DNA from: an uncultured Gemmatimonadales bacterium
GTDB lineage: Bacteria > Gemmatimonadota > Gemmatimonadetes > Gemmatimonadales > GWC2-71-9
Assembly (NCBI GenBank): GCA_963739455.1
Contig: CAVUAK010000003.1
Span: 64,001 to 128,000, forward strand
Direction: 5' to 3'
DNA: 64,000 bases
Below, piece after piece: positions 1-13,020 of the stretch (positions are counted from its first letter, which is position 1; every line of letters begins with the position of its first letter). The notes beneath the pieces are model-generated. The model did not search any database and had not been told where the DNA came from. It was given only the letters and a program-made list of their open reading frames with translations. The position numbers were made by a program, and so were the translations under genes.

Positions 1-872
1 GGCAGGTAGCCGCCGGTCAGTCCCTTGGCGAGACAGAGGAAGTCGGGGCTCACACCCTCCTTGTTCGATGCGAACAGTTCCCCCGAGCGCCCGAAGCCCA
101 CCGCCACCTCGTCCAGCACAAGCAGTGTGCCCGCGCGATCGGCCAGCTCCCGCACCCGCCGCGTGAAGGCGGGCGGCTGCGTCAACATCCCGGCCGCGCC
201 CTGCATTCCCGGCTCCAGCACGATGGCCGCGAGTGTGGAACCGTGCGCATTCACCAGCGCCTCGAGCACTTCCTCAGAGCCGGGAACCCCGGGTGACGGT
301 GCCTGGATCGTCTGGAAGAGCAGGGGACGGTACCGCTCGTGGAAGAGGTCGATACCACCGAGCGACACCGAGCCGATCGTGTCGCCATGATAGGCATTGC
401 CGAAGGTGAGGAACGCGGTCCGCTGCTTCTGCGCGCCACCGTCGGCCTGCTGCCAGTACTGCAGCGCCATCTTGAGCGCCACCTCGACCGCGGTGGACCC
501 GTTGTCGGAGTAGAAGACCCGCGAGAGGCCCGCCGGTGCCTTGTCCACCAGCCGCTTCGCCAGCGTCACCGCCGGTGCCGTGGCATTGCCCAGGAAGGTC
601 GCATGCGCGATCCGGTCGAGCTGCGCCCGGATCGCCGCGTCGATCTCCGGCCGCCGGTGCCCGAACAGGTTGCACCACAGGGAACTGACGCCGTCGAAGT
701 ACCGCCGCCCGTCGGCGTCGATGAGGTAGTGCCCCTCACCGGCCACCACCATGAGCGGATCGTCGTCGGCGTACGCACTGTGCGGCGTGAACGGATGCCA
801 CACGTGGAGTGCATCCAGCTCACGGAGCTCGCCGCTGTTACCCGCGCCGCTGTTACCCGCCCTACCCGCCAT
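1..872 (-). CDS. bioA: Adenosylmethionine-8-amino-7-oxononanoate aminotransferase, 3' end runs off the window
   Basis: Manual translation: ...[12 protein letters not shown]... and [11 protein letters not shown]...[15 protein letters not shown] (class III PLP aminotransferase); directly downstream of bioB. Confidence 0.9.
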   Translation of the reverse strand, partial: MAGRAGNSGAGNSGELRELDALHVWHPFTPHSAYADDDPLMVVAGEGHYLIDADGRRYFDGVSSLWCNLFGHRRPEIDAAIRAQLDRIAHATFLGNATAPAVTLAKRLVDKAPAGLSRVFYSDNGSTAVEVALKMALQYWQQADGGAQKQRTAFLTFGNAYHGDTIGSVSLGGIDLFHERYRPLLFQTIQAPSPGVPGSEEVLEALVNAHGSTLAAIVLEPGMQGAAGMLTQPPAFTRRVRELADRAGTLLVLDEVAVGFGRSGELFASNKEGVSPDFLCLAKGLTGGYL

Positions 873-893
873 ACCCGCCCTCCCCGCCTTGCC

Positions 894-1878
894 TCACGCA
901 GGAACCAATTCCGCAACACGGAATCCAGCATCGGCAATCATCTTCAAGTCTGCCTCATACCCCGCGCCACCCGTCGTCAGGTACCCGTTCACGAAGATCG
1001 AGTTCGCCGGCCAGAGTGCCAGCGCCTGCAGGTGACGCAGGTTCACCTCCCGACCCCCGGCCACCCGGATATCCCGCGACGGGTTCACGAAACGGAACAT
1101 TGCCAGCAGCCTGAGACAGTCCATCGGCGCCAGCCGCTCGTTGTCACCCATCGGCGTGCCGGGGCGCGGATCGAGGAAGTTGACCGGGATCGATTCCACC
1201 TCGAGCGCCTGCAGCTCGAACGCGAGCGAAATCCGGTCGTCCTCCGTCTCGCCCATGCCCATGATGCCGCCGCAGCACGCCTCGAGACCCGCCGCGCGCG
1301 CGCGCTTCACCGTCGCCACCCGGTCGTCCCACGTGTGGGTACCGCAGAGCTCCGGGTAGAACCGCTTCGATGATTCGAGGTTGTGGTTGAAGCGGGTCAC
1401 CCCCGCCTCCGCGAGCTGCTCCGCCTGGCCGTCCTTGAGCAGGCCGAGCGACGTGCAGACGTTGATGTTCATCTCGGCCTTGATCTGCCGCACCGCCTCG
1501 CAGATCGTGTCCAGGTCGCGCGCCGACGGCCCCCGCGTCGCCGTCACCATGCAGTACTTCACTGCGCCCATGGCGTGCGCGTGCCGGGCGCCCTCCACCA
1601 GTTCGTCCACCGTCTGCATCCGGTACTGAGTCTACGCCCGTGTTGTGGCGCGACGACTGGCTGCAGAAAGCGCAGTCCTCCGGACACTTGCCGCTCTTGG
1701 CGTTCTGCAGCACGTGCAGCCGGACATCCCTGCCGTGAAACTGTTGGCGGATCTGGAACGCTGCCCCGAGCAGGGGAAGCAGGTCGTCGTCGCTCGAGCG
1801 CACGATGCTCCGCGCGTCGTCGGCCGAGATCGGGTTGCCGCCCAGCACCTGCTCGGCGAGCGCACTCCAGTTGCTCAC
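894..1878 (-). CDS. bioB: Biotin synthase (radical SAM), one frameshift near 1625
   Basis: NAKSGKCPEDCAFCSQS motif in ORF 1144..1878; FNHNLESS, CCGGIMGMGE, SIPVNFL, IRVAGGRE in ORF 894..1619. Confidence 0.93.
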
Positions 1879-1945
1879 ATGAACTCCGGGGATATTTGAT
1901 TGGGAGACTACTGGGATGCGGGGCCAGATGGTAGATGGGACGGGG

Positions 1946-2020
1946 AGTCGTCAGTCGTCAGTCGACAGTCGTCAGGCAGGGGACAGCTGACAGCTTTCTG
2001 CCGACTGCCGACCGATGACT
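1946..2020. repeat. Heptamer tandem repeat (AGTCGTC)n with an imperfect inverted arm (hairpin)
   Basis: agtcgtcagtcgtcagtcgacagtcgtcag ... ctgccgactgccgaccgatgact. Confidence 0.7.
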
Positions 2021-2025
2021 GTGGA

Positions 2026-2394
2026 CTAGTTCGGGGGATATTTCTGGAATATTTGTTGGACTGTCCGAATCCGCTCGGCGAAGTCCAGCAACGTCATGTC
2101 GTAGACGATGTCATCGCTCCCGCTCAGCGCGCCGAAGGCCGCTCCGGCAGTCCCCATCTGCATCTCCGACGCCTGGAACAGCCGCATTTCCTTGATCTCG
2201 CCCGCCTTCACCACACCGGTCGAGTCCGCCTGCCGGTAGGTCAGCTTGTCACCCTCCAGGCTGACCAGCCGGATGTCCCACAGCAACTCGTCGTTCTGGA
2301 GCGTGATTTGCCAGCGGTCAGCCTTGGCCTGGGCCGCCGACGGGGCAGGGGCCGCCAGGGCGGCCAGGAGTCCGAGCAGGATGAGCAAGCGCAT
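2026..2394 (-). CDS. Hypothetical secreted protein
   Basis: Signal-peptide-like MRLLILLGLLAALAAPAPSAAQA; coding-like ORF. Confidence 0.65.
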   Translation of the reverse strand: MRLLILLGLLAALAAPAPSAAQAKADRWQITLQNDELLWDIRLVSLEGDKLTYRQADSTGVVKAGEIKEMRLFQASEMQMGTAGAAFGALSGSDDIVYDMTLLDFAERIRTVQQIFQKYPPN

Positions 2395-2491
2395 GGGCCT
2401 CCAGTTGGGCTGCTCCTGCATCTTAGCCGTTTTCTTCCCCGACGGGCCGCTCTTGAGTTTCCCTCGGCCAGCGGGCACGTTTCGCGGATTG

Positions 2492-2564
2492 GGGGGCGTA
2501 GCTCAATTGGTAGAGCACGGGCCTTTTAAGCCCTAGGTTGTGGGTTCGAGTCCCACCGCCCTCA
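2492..2564 (+). tRNA. tRNA-Lys (UUU)
   Basis: GGGGGCG/CGCCCTC acceptor stem, GCTC/GAGC D arm, anticodon loop CTTTTAA, GTGGG-TTCGAGT-CCCAC T arm; CCA not encoded. Confidence 0.93.
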
Positions 2565-2752
2565 TGACAAGGCGGGCAAGGCGGTAGGGCGGGGAGGGCG
2601 GGGTGGCCCCCTCACTCCTCACGCCGTTGCTGTTCCTCCTCACGCTGTTTCGTCCGCCCCTGGTTCCTCCGCTTTTGGCTCCTCCGCGCTTGCTTCTTCC
2701 GCAGTTCCATTTTGCGCCGCATACTATATGTGGCTCCCTCTCCCCGGTTTCC

Positions 2753-3719
2753 ATGAACATCCTGTCTGACCGCCCCGTCTTCGCCGTCGATGGCGAGGTC
2801 TTTCATTGGGGTGATGTGGTGCTGCACGCACAGGCGAGTGGTCGCTGGGACGAGCTTCAGGCCGAGGCTCGCCAGGGCCTCGCCTGTGAGTCGCATTTTG
2901 ATACCATCGACGAGGACGGTGCCGAGGAAGCCATCGACGACGCGGCTGCCGAGTTCCGCTATGACCGCGAGCTCATCACCGCCGAGGAAATGGAGGCCTG
3001 GCTCCAGGCCAGGGGGCTCACGCCAGAGGAGTGGATGGGGTCCATTCGCCGCACCGTCCTCCGTCAGCTTTGGGCCGCCGACCTCGACGAGATCGTGGCG
3101 GAGCACCCCGTCTCCGACACGGAGCTCGATGAGGCCCTCCGCATCGACCTGCTCTGCTCCGGGGCGCCTCGCATCCTGGCCGAGGAACTGGCGGTCGAGG
3201 CCGCCGCGGCGGCCGCGGCGGCCGTGACCTCCCCGCCCTCCCCGCCATCTGACGACCGGCATGCCCTCCTGGCTGCCCTCCGCGCCCGCGCCGTCCGCTT
3301 CCGCCAGGAGGCCCTGGCCCCCGAGACCATCGCCCGCGAGGTCCAGTCCAACCAGATGGAATGGATCAGGGTCGACTGCCAGGCAATCGGCTTTCCCGAG
3401 GAAGGCCCCGCCCGCGAGGCGGCGCTCCTGCTGCGCGAGGACGGGCTCGACATCGAGGAGGTTGCCGGCGAGGCCGACGTGCCTATCGAGGATGTGGTGT
3501 TCTACCTCGATCAGCTCGACCCCGAACAGCACTCCCGCTTCCTCGGCGCGACCGTGGACGACGTCATCGGGCCAGTCCCGGTCGACGATGCGTGGAACGT
3601 CTATCTCGTCGTGGCGAAGGTGATGCCCTCCATCCAGGATCCGGAGATCGTCCGCCGGGCCGAGGAAGGGGTGCTCTCCCGGCTGCTCGCAGGCGAGGTC
3701 AACCGACGTGTACGGTGGC

Positions 3720-3733
<14 letters not shown>
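2753..3733 (+). CDS. Acidic PpiC/SurA-like (parvulin-type foldase-like) protein
   Basis: Helical SurA-like N-region and parvulin-like C-region (DDVIGPVPVDDAWNVYLVV); overlaps the PCAT start, as in cyanobacterial PPIase-HlyB-HlyD operons. Confidence 0.6.
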
Positions 3734-6943
<3,210 letters not shown>

Positions 6944-6947
6944 CAGC

Positions 6948-8183
6948 ATGAGCGGCGACGATACCGCCTTCCTCGAGTCCGATCCGCCGCACTGGGCCGC
7001 CCGCGGCCTCGGTCGACCTCATCATCGTGCTGTTCGTGCTCATGCTGCTCGCCGCGGTCGTGGTGCACGTGCCCGAGACGGTGTCGGGCCGGTTCACCCT
7101 GGTGCCCCTGCGCGGCACCGATCCGGTCCGGACCCCGCGGAAGGCGTCCTCACCGTCGTCGCGGTCCAGGAGGGCGAGCCGTCCCGGCCGGCGCCACCCT
7201 CTTCGTGGTTCGCTCCGCCGTCGGCCAGCCGATCGCACCTCCGACCTGCGCACCCTGCGAGACCCAGCTGCGCGGCCAACACCGAGCGCCTGCTCCGCAT
7301 CGCCGCCAGCCAGTACCGCAGCCCGCGCCGCGTCCGATTCGGCCGAAGGCCCGCCGGCTCCAGAGTCGCGAGACCTTCCTCGAGCGCCTGATCGCGTCCG
7401 AAGAGCCAGCGCCTCGCCGCTGATCCAGGAGCATCGCCGACAGTTCCGTGGCCGGTGCCAAGCGCGGCGCGCTCGGCACCGGCTCGACGTGCAGCCGGCT
7501 CGAGACTCGAGCCCGAGCCGCTCGAGCGAGGAGAGTCCAGACCGCCAACAACGACCTCGCGAGACCCGCGCCGACATCACGCGGCTCAAGCAGGACGAGG
7601 ATTGCCCGCGACCTCGAATACCGGCAGATCCGCGGCGCCTCGAGGAAGCACATGGACCACCGAGCGGATCCGCACCACGTCGCTGCAGCGCGACCCGGCC
7701 ACCATCAGCGACTGCGGCCTGGTCCTCACGTCACCCTGCGCCGGCACCATGCTCCGCCTCCGGGTCAACGCGCCCGGCGCCGTGGTGCAGCGAGGGCGAC
7801 ATCCTCGGCGAGGTGGCCTGCGCAGGGCGACCGGCTGCAGGCCGAGCTGGTGCTGCCCCAGGCCGGCGTGCCGCAGGTCCACGCCGGCCAGGGCGTGAAG
7901 CTCCGCTTCGATGCCTTCCCCTATCAGCGCTTCGGCGTCCAGTTCGGCACCGTGCAGTGGCTGGGGCCCGCCGGCGAGCGCCGGCACGGACCAGGGCGGC
8001 TTCCGCGCGCTCGTCGAGCTCTCGCCGCGACTCAGATCCGGGTGCAGCGGCAAGATGGCGGCCGCCTGCTCCCCGGCATGGGCGGGCGAGGCCGACATCG
8101 TGGTGGGCCGCCGCTCGCTGGTGAGCTACGCCTTCGAGCCGATCCGCGCCCTCAAGGAGATCTTCGCCGAGGTGCCGGCCCAC

Positions 8184-8187
<4 letters not shown>
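6948..8187 (+). CDS. HlyD-family secretion adaptor (frameshifted)
   Basis: N-terminal TM, coiled coil, [22 protein letters not shown]...[17 protein letters not shown]. Confidence 0.85.
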
Positions 8188-9202
<1,015 letters not shown>

Positions 9203-9216
9203 CTGCGAGTATCGCT

Positions 9217-9252
9217 GTCATCGCGAGGCCGCGCAGCGGCTTTGGCGATCCC
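9217..9252. repeat. GTCAT-type REP-like palindrome, copy 1
   Basis: GTCATCGCGAGGCCGC-GCA-GCGGCTTTGGCGATCCC; similar copy at 9633-9668. Confidence 0.65.
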
Positions 9253-9377
9253 GGTGCACCGGCACGGAGCCGCGTTTCGCTACCATGGTCCCATCTCGGT
9301 CCCATCGCAGGGTCTTGTTCTCGGGCCGCCACCTCTCTTCGCGGTGCGAAGTCATTGTGATTGCTGTGCGCACGGTT

Positions 9378-9393
9378 CGGCACAGCGATTGCT
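9378..9393 (+). promoter_or_regulatory. Sigma54 -24/-12 promoter for peptide 1
   Basis: cGG-CACAGCGATT-GCt: GG-N10-GC matching TGGCACN5TTGC; downstream of a sigma54 activator gene. Confidence 0.8.
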
Positions 9394-9449
9394 TTTCAAT
9401 CGGGGGTGACAACGTCGTCGGGACCCGTTTACCACCACTGGAGTACACC

Positions 9450-9563
9450 ATGGCCGCCAAGAAGAGCTCAAAGGTGAAGGATCTGCCCCGCAAGTCGGTC
9501 TCGTCGAAGAAGGCCGCGAACGTGAAGGGTGGTCGGAAGGCCGGCAAGGGTCAGCAGGAGTAG
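9450..9563 (+). CDS. Double-glycine precursor peptide 1 (37 aa) MAAKKSSKVKDLPRKSVSSKKAANVKGG|RKAGKGQQE
   Basis: GGAG RBS 9440-9443, ATG 9450, TAG 9561-9563; paralogous to peptides 2-4. Confidence 0.8.
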   Translation: MAAKKSSKVKDLPRKSVSSKKAANVKGGRKAGKGQQE

Positions 9564-9599
9564 CTGAATGGCGTTGGACAAGTTCCGGCATCGTTTCTC

Positions 9600-9628
9600 G
9601 GCCCGCTGACCTCTCAGGACAGCGGGCC
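9600..9628 (+). terminator. GC-rich hairpin after peptide 1
   Basis: GGCCCGCTG...CAGCGGGCC; no clear U-tract. Confidence 0.5.
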
Positions 9629-9632
9629 ATGT

Positions 9633-9668
9633 GTCATCGCGAGCCCGCGTAGCGGGCGTGGCGATCCC
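9633..9668. repeat. GTCAT-type REP-like palindrome, copy 2
   Basis: GTCATCGCGAGCCCGC-GTA-GCGGGCGTGGCGATCCC. Confidence 0.65.
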
Positions 9669-9814
9669 GTTGCATCGGCACGGAGTCGTTTCACTACCAT
9701 GGCTTCGGATCAGTACCACTGCTCGGCCCCATCATCGAACCATTCTCCAGGTCACCTGCACCGGTTCGTTCGCGAAGTCGTTGTCATTGCATCACATCCG
9801 GATTTGGCGCAGTT

Positions 9815-9830
9815 GGGCACAGCGATTGCC
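9815..9830 (+). promoter_or_regulatory. Sigma54 -24/-12 promoter for peptide 2 (and probably 3)
   Basis: gGG-CACAGCGATT-GCc, core identical to the promoter at 9378. Confidence 0.8.
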
Positions 9831-9889
9831 TTTCTATAGGGCAGGCAGAACTTCGCTGCCGCCTCGTTCACTACCACAGGAGATGCACC

Positions 9890-10000
9890 ATGGCCGCCAA
9901 GAAGAGCTCAAAGGTGAAGGATCTTCCGCGCAAGTCCGTCTCGTCGAAGAAGGCCTCGAACATCAAGGGTGGCGCGAAGGGTCTCAAGCCGAAGGCGTGA
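9890..10000 (+). CDS. Double-glycine precursor peptide 2 (36 aa) MAAKKSSKVKDLPRKSVSSKKASNIKGG|AKGLKPKA
   Basis: AGGAG RBS, ATG 9890, TGA 9998-10000; leader 26/28 identical to peptide 1, with extra synonymous changes. Confidence 0.8.
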   Translation: MAAKKSSKVKDLPRKSVSSKKASNIKGGAKGLKPKA

Positions 10001-10065
10001 GCAGCAGGCAATGATTGCTACGGGCTCGTTCACTGATTCCGTCAACGTTCTCAGGAGTGTTTCCA

Positions 10066-10164
10066 ATGGCTAAGAAGAATGCGCCCGTGCGCGACCTGCC
10101 CGAGAAGAAGCTCCCCGCCGGCAAGGCCGATCAGATCAAGGGTGGACGCAAGGCCCGCGACTGA
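10066..10164 (+). CDS. Double-glycine precursor peptide 3 (32 aa) MAKKNAPVRDLPEKKLPAGKADQIKGG|RKARD
   Basis: AGGAG RBS, ATG 10066, TGA 10162-10164; shares DLPxK...KAxxIKGG. Confidence 0.75.
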   Translation: MAKKNAPVRDLPEKKLPAGKADQIKGGRKARD

Positions 10165-10176
10165 ACTGAACCGCTT

Positions 10177-10209
10177 CGTGACCCGCTGGTCGTTTCACAG
10201 CGGGTTACG
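10177..10209 (+). terminator. Hairpin after peptide 3
   Basis: CGTGACCCGCTG...CAGCGGGTTACG. Confidence 0.5.
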
Positions 10210-10262
10210 GGCTGTCAGGAGCCCGCAGTCAGAGAAGTGAACCGTTCAACCACACGTGGAGT

Positions 10263-10415
10263 ATGGCCCAGAAGAAGCGCCGGAAGCCCGAGGAAAAGGC
10301 TCGCAAGAATGAGGTGGTCCTGCTCAAGGACCTGGCGCCGCGCACGGACGTGAAGGGCGGTGCAAAGCTGCGCTTCGGTGAGGCACCCTCCTCGACCGGC
10401 AAGGGGAAGGACTAG
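10263..10415 (+). CDS. Double-glycine precursor peptide 4 (50 aa) MAQKKRRKPEEKARKNEVVLLKDLAPRTDVKGG|AKLRFGEAPSSTGKGKD
   Basis: ATG 10263, TAG 10413-10415; KDL...VKGG motif; RBS spacing is short. Confidence 0.65.
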   Translation: MAQKKRRKPEEKARKNEVVLLKDLAPRTDVKGGAKLRFGEAPSSTGKGKD

Positions 10416-10506
10416 GCGGCAGAAACCTCCCCGCCCTCCCCGCCCTCCCCGCCTTGTGAGTAACTTCAAGCCAGACCAACAAGCTCCCTTTCGTCGGATC
10501 AAGTAC

Positions 10507-11415
10507 ATGGCCACCCCGTCAACTGCTCCCGCGCCCTCCAGGAATGCGCCCCGCGCGGGCCAGACCACCATCTGGCTCGACGGCGAATGGCACACCCGCG
10601 ATACGGCCAAGGTCTCGGTCTTCGATCACGGCCTGCTCTATGGCGACGGCGTCTTTGAGGGGATCCGCGTCTACGGCGGCAAGATCTTCCGGCTTGAGGA
10701 GCACATCGACCGGCTCTATGACTCGGCCCAGGCTATCTGGCTCACCGTCCCGATGCCGAAGGCCGAGATGATCGCCGTCACCGAAGAGGCCGTGCGCCGC
10801 TCCGGGATCACCGAGGCCTACATCCGCCACATCGTAACCCGCGGTGTCGGCGACCTCGGCCTGAGCCCGAAAAATTGCCCGCGCGCCACGGTCATCATCA
10901 TCGTCGACACCATCGCGCTTTGGCCTGCGGCCACGTACGACACGGGGCTTCGCGTCATCACCGCCGGCACCCCGATCCCGCATCGCGAGGCGCTGTCGCC
11001 GCGCGTGAAGTCGCTCAACTACCTGCCGCACATCATGGCCAAGAGCGAGGGCATCGTCGCCGGCATGGATGACGTGCTCATGCTCGACAGCGCCGGCTTC
11101 GTGGCTGAGGCGTCTGGCTGCAACATCTTCGTGGTGAAGGGGAAGTCCATTCGCACCCCGCCGGCGTTCGCCGGGATCCTCAAGGGGGTCACGCGCGACC
11201 TGGTCATCGACCTCGCGCGCGAGGCCGGCTACACCATGAGCGAGGAACAGCTCAACCGCTACGACATCTACACCGCGGACGAGGTCTTCTTCACCGGCAC
11301 CGCGGCCGAGGTGGTCGGCATCCGCGAGGTCGATGGCCGCCGCATCGGCGCCGGCAAGCCCGGCCCCGTGACGCACGACATTGCTGCCCGCTTCCGGGCC
11401 CTCACCCGCGGCTGA
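10507..11415 (+). CDS. ilvE: Branched-chain amino acid aminotransferase
   Basis: VSVFDHGLLYGDGVFEGIR, KSLNYL, ILKGVTR, EVFFTGTAAEV. Confidence 0.93.
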   Translation: MATPSTAPAPSRNAPRAGQTTIWLDGEWHTRDTAKVSVFDHGLLYGDGVFEGIRVYGGKIFRLEEHIDRLYDSAQAIWLTVPMPKAEMIAVTEEAVRRSGITEAYIRHIVTRGVGDLGLSPKNCPRATVIIIVDTIALWPAATYDTGLRVITAGTPIPHREALSPRVKSLNYLPHIMAKSEGIVAGMDDVLMLDSAGFVAEASGCNIFVVKGKSIRTPPAFAGILKGVTRDLVIDLAREAGYTMSEEQLNRYDIYTADEVFFTGTAAEVVGIREVDGRRIGAGKPGPVTHDIAARFRALTRG

Positions 11416-11440
11416 CAGGACCGGGTCCCGCTCGGTCGCG

Positions 11441-12017
11441 GTGCTGCTCGACGCACCGCGGCCGGAGTTTGTGCCACGCGGCCTCGCCCTGGCCGTCGGT
11501 GAGAAGTACGCTGTCCGTCTCCTCCGGGTCATCGCCCGCCGCACCATCGAGAGCATAGAGTCGCTGGGATGGGAACCGGTCGTCTGGTTTGCGCCGGCTG
11601 AGGCCCTTCCCGAGATGCGGCGCTGGCTCGGCGACACCATCGCGCTCTATCCCCGTCCGTCAGGTGACATGGGAAGTACCCTCGCCACCATCGCCCAGCA
11701 GGCGGCTCCCGAGGGCGGGTGGCTCGCGGTGCGGCCCGCCGGTGCCGGGATCACGGTCGAGCTCCTCGAACGGGCGCAGCAGGCGGTCGACGACGGTGGC
11801 CTCGTGTTCGGCGCCACCACGCGTGAGGATGTCTACCTCCTCGGTGGACCTGCTGCGTATGGCGACTTCGTGCGCGACCTGCCTTGGGGCGAGCCCGATC
11901 TCGCACCTGCCATTCGCAGCTCGCCTTCGAGACATGGGCTCCGGCTGGGCCGAGTTGCCCCGGCTGGTTGAAGTGGCGAATGAGGACGACCTCCGTGCCG
12001 CCGGACTCTTGACCTGA
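11441..12017 (+). CDS. DUF2064/glycosyltransferase-like protein (frameshift near 11920)
   Basis: GDMG, LVFGATTREDVYLLG, LPW and LVEVANEDDL resemble the TIGR04282-like pattern; start uncertain. Confidence 0.5.
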
Positions 12018-12071
12018 TCTCGGCCGCGAACGCACTTTCCCCGACCTGACTGGACCAGACCTGGGGGGTAC

Positions 12072-12311
12072 ATGGCGTGGCGTGTGGTGGAGTACGCGGA
12101 GCGGCAGTGGAGCGTCTCGGTGGCCGCGGAACGGCGGGCCAATTCGCAGCGCTGGAACCTCGTGCTCGCCTTTCGGGCCCGCGATGGTGACAAGCGCCTG
12201 CTCTGGACCGAATACCCCATGGCCTCCACGTCACGCTCCTCGCTGCTCCAGCAGGCGGAGCGCATTCCGGACGCCAAGCTCGCTGAACTTCTCGCCTCCC
12301 AACTCCGGTAA
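12072..12311 (+). CDS. Small hypothetical protein
   Basis: ORF with GGGGG RBS-like run and coding-like codon use. Confidence 0.6.
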   Translation: MAWRVVEYAERQWSVSVAAERRANSQRWNLVLAFRARDGDKRLLWTEYPMASTSRSSLLQQAERIPDAKLAELLASQLR

Positions 12312-12374
12312 TCCCTCCATGGCATCGATTTCGCTTGATGGCCTCCCGCAGGAAGTCCGTTTCGAGAACGCTTG

Positions 12375-12815
12375 ATGCCGAGGACCGACGCGGAACCGAT
12401 GTCGCCACCAGCCCCACATGATCGTCTTCGCTTTGCCGAGTTTTCACTCGAGCGGCTGCCCAATGGGCGGTGCCGCTCCCGCGTGCTGCTCACCTGGCTG
12501 GAGACCGAGCGCTTCACCGGTGAGTCCGAGGGCCTTGCGTCCCAGGCCGGTGAGCTCCGCTGCGCCGCCCAGGCCTGTGTCAACGCGCTCACCCAGGCAG
12601 TGCAGGACGGCATGGGCTTCGACCTTCTCGGCGTGAAGGCCGTCCGGGCCTTCGACGCCAATGTGGTCATCGTCTCACTCGCGCTCCGCGGAGAGGGCAG
12701 GGGACAGCGGGTCGTCGGCAGCTTCCTGTCGGACACTGACGCCCCCCGCGGTGCTGCCCTCGCCGTCCTGAACGCCACCAACCGGGTGCTCGGCAACAAG
12801 TTCTTCATGCGGTAG
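12375..12815 (+). CDS. Hypothetical protein (C-terminal AALAVLNATNR motif)
   Basis: Clean ORF, RLRFAEF...LLGVKAVRAFD... Confidence 0.7.
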   Translation: MPRTDAEPMSPPAPHDRLRFAEFSLERLPNGRCRSRVLLTWLETERFTGESEGLASQAGELRCAAQACVNALTQAVQDGMGFDLLGVKAVRAFDANVVIVSLALRGEGRGQRVVGSFLSDTDAPRGAALAVLNATNRVLGNKFFMR

Positions 12816-12959
12816 TCTCTGGCCCTTTGCCACACTGGGCATGCTTCGTCCGCGTTTGGTTCCTCCGCCCCTGGTTCCTCCGCGGTTGCAGTTCCCCGTC
12901 ACGCAGTCGCGGTTCCGAGTTGTCACAACCCCATACGCCCCAACGTGATCCTGTCTGTA

Positions 12960-12975
12960 TGGCACGGTTGTCGCT
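12960..12975 (+). promoter_or_regulatory. Candidate sigma54 promoter of the MltD-like gene
   Basis: TGG-CACGGTTGTC-GCT (GG-N10-GC) about 45 nt before ATG 13021. Confidence 0.55.
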
Positions 12976-13020
12976 AGATTATTTGCCGGTCTGCATACGT
13001 AGGTTCCACAGGAGGTCTTG

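Noticed and set aside
10004..10019. Third sigma54 promoter (GGCAATGATTGC) before peptide 3
   Set aside because: GG-to-GC spacing is 8 nt, not 10
9450..10415. Lys-rich peptides as histone-like nucleoid proteins
   Set aside because: Conservation stops at (V/I)KGG and they sit beside a C39 transporter, so a precursor role fits better; not fully excluded
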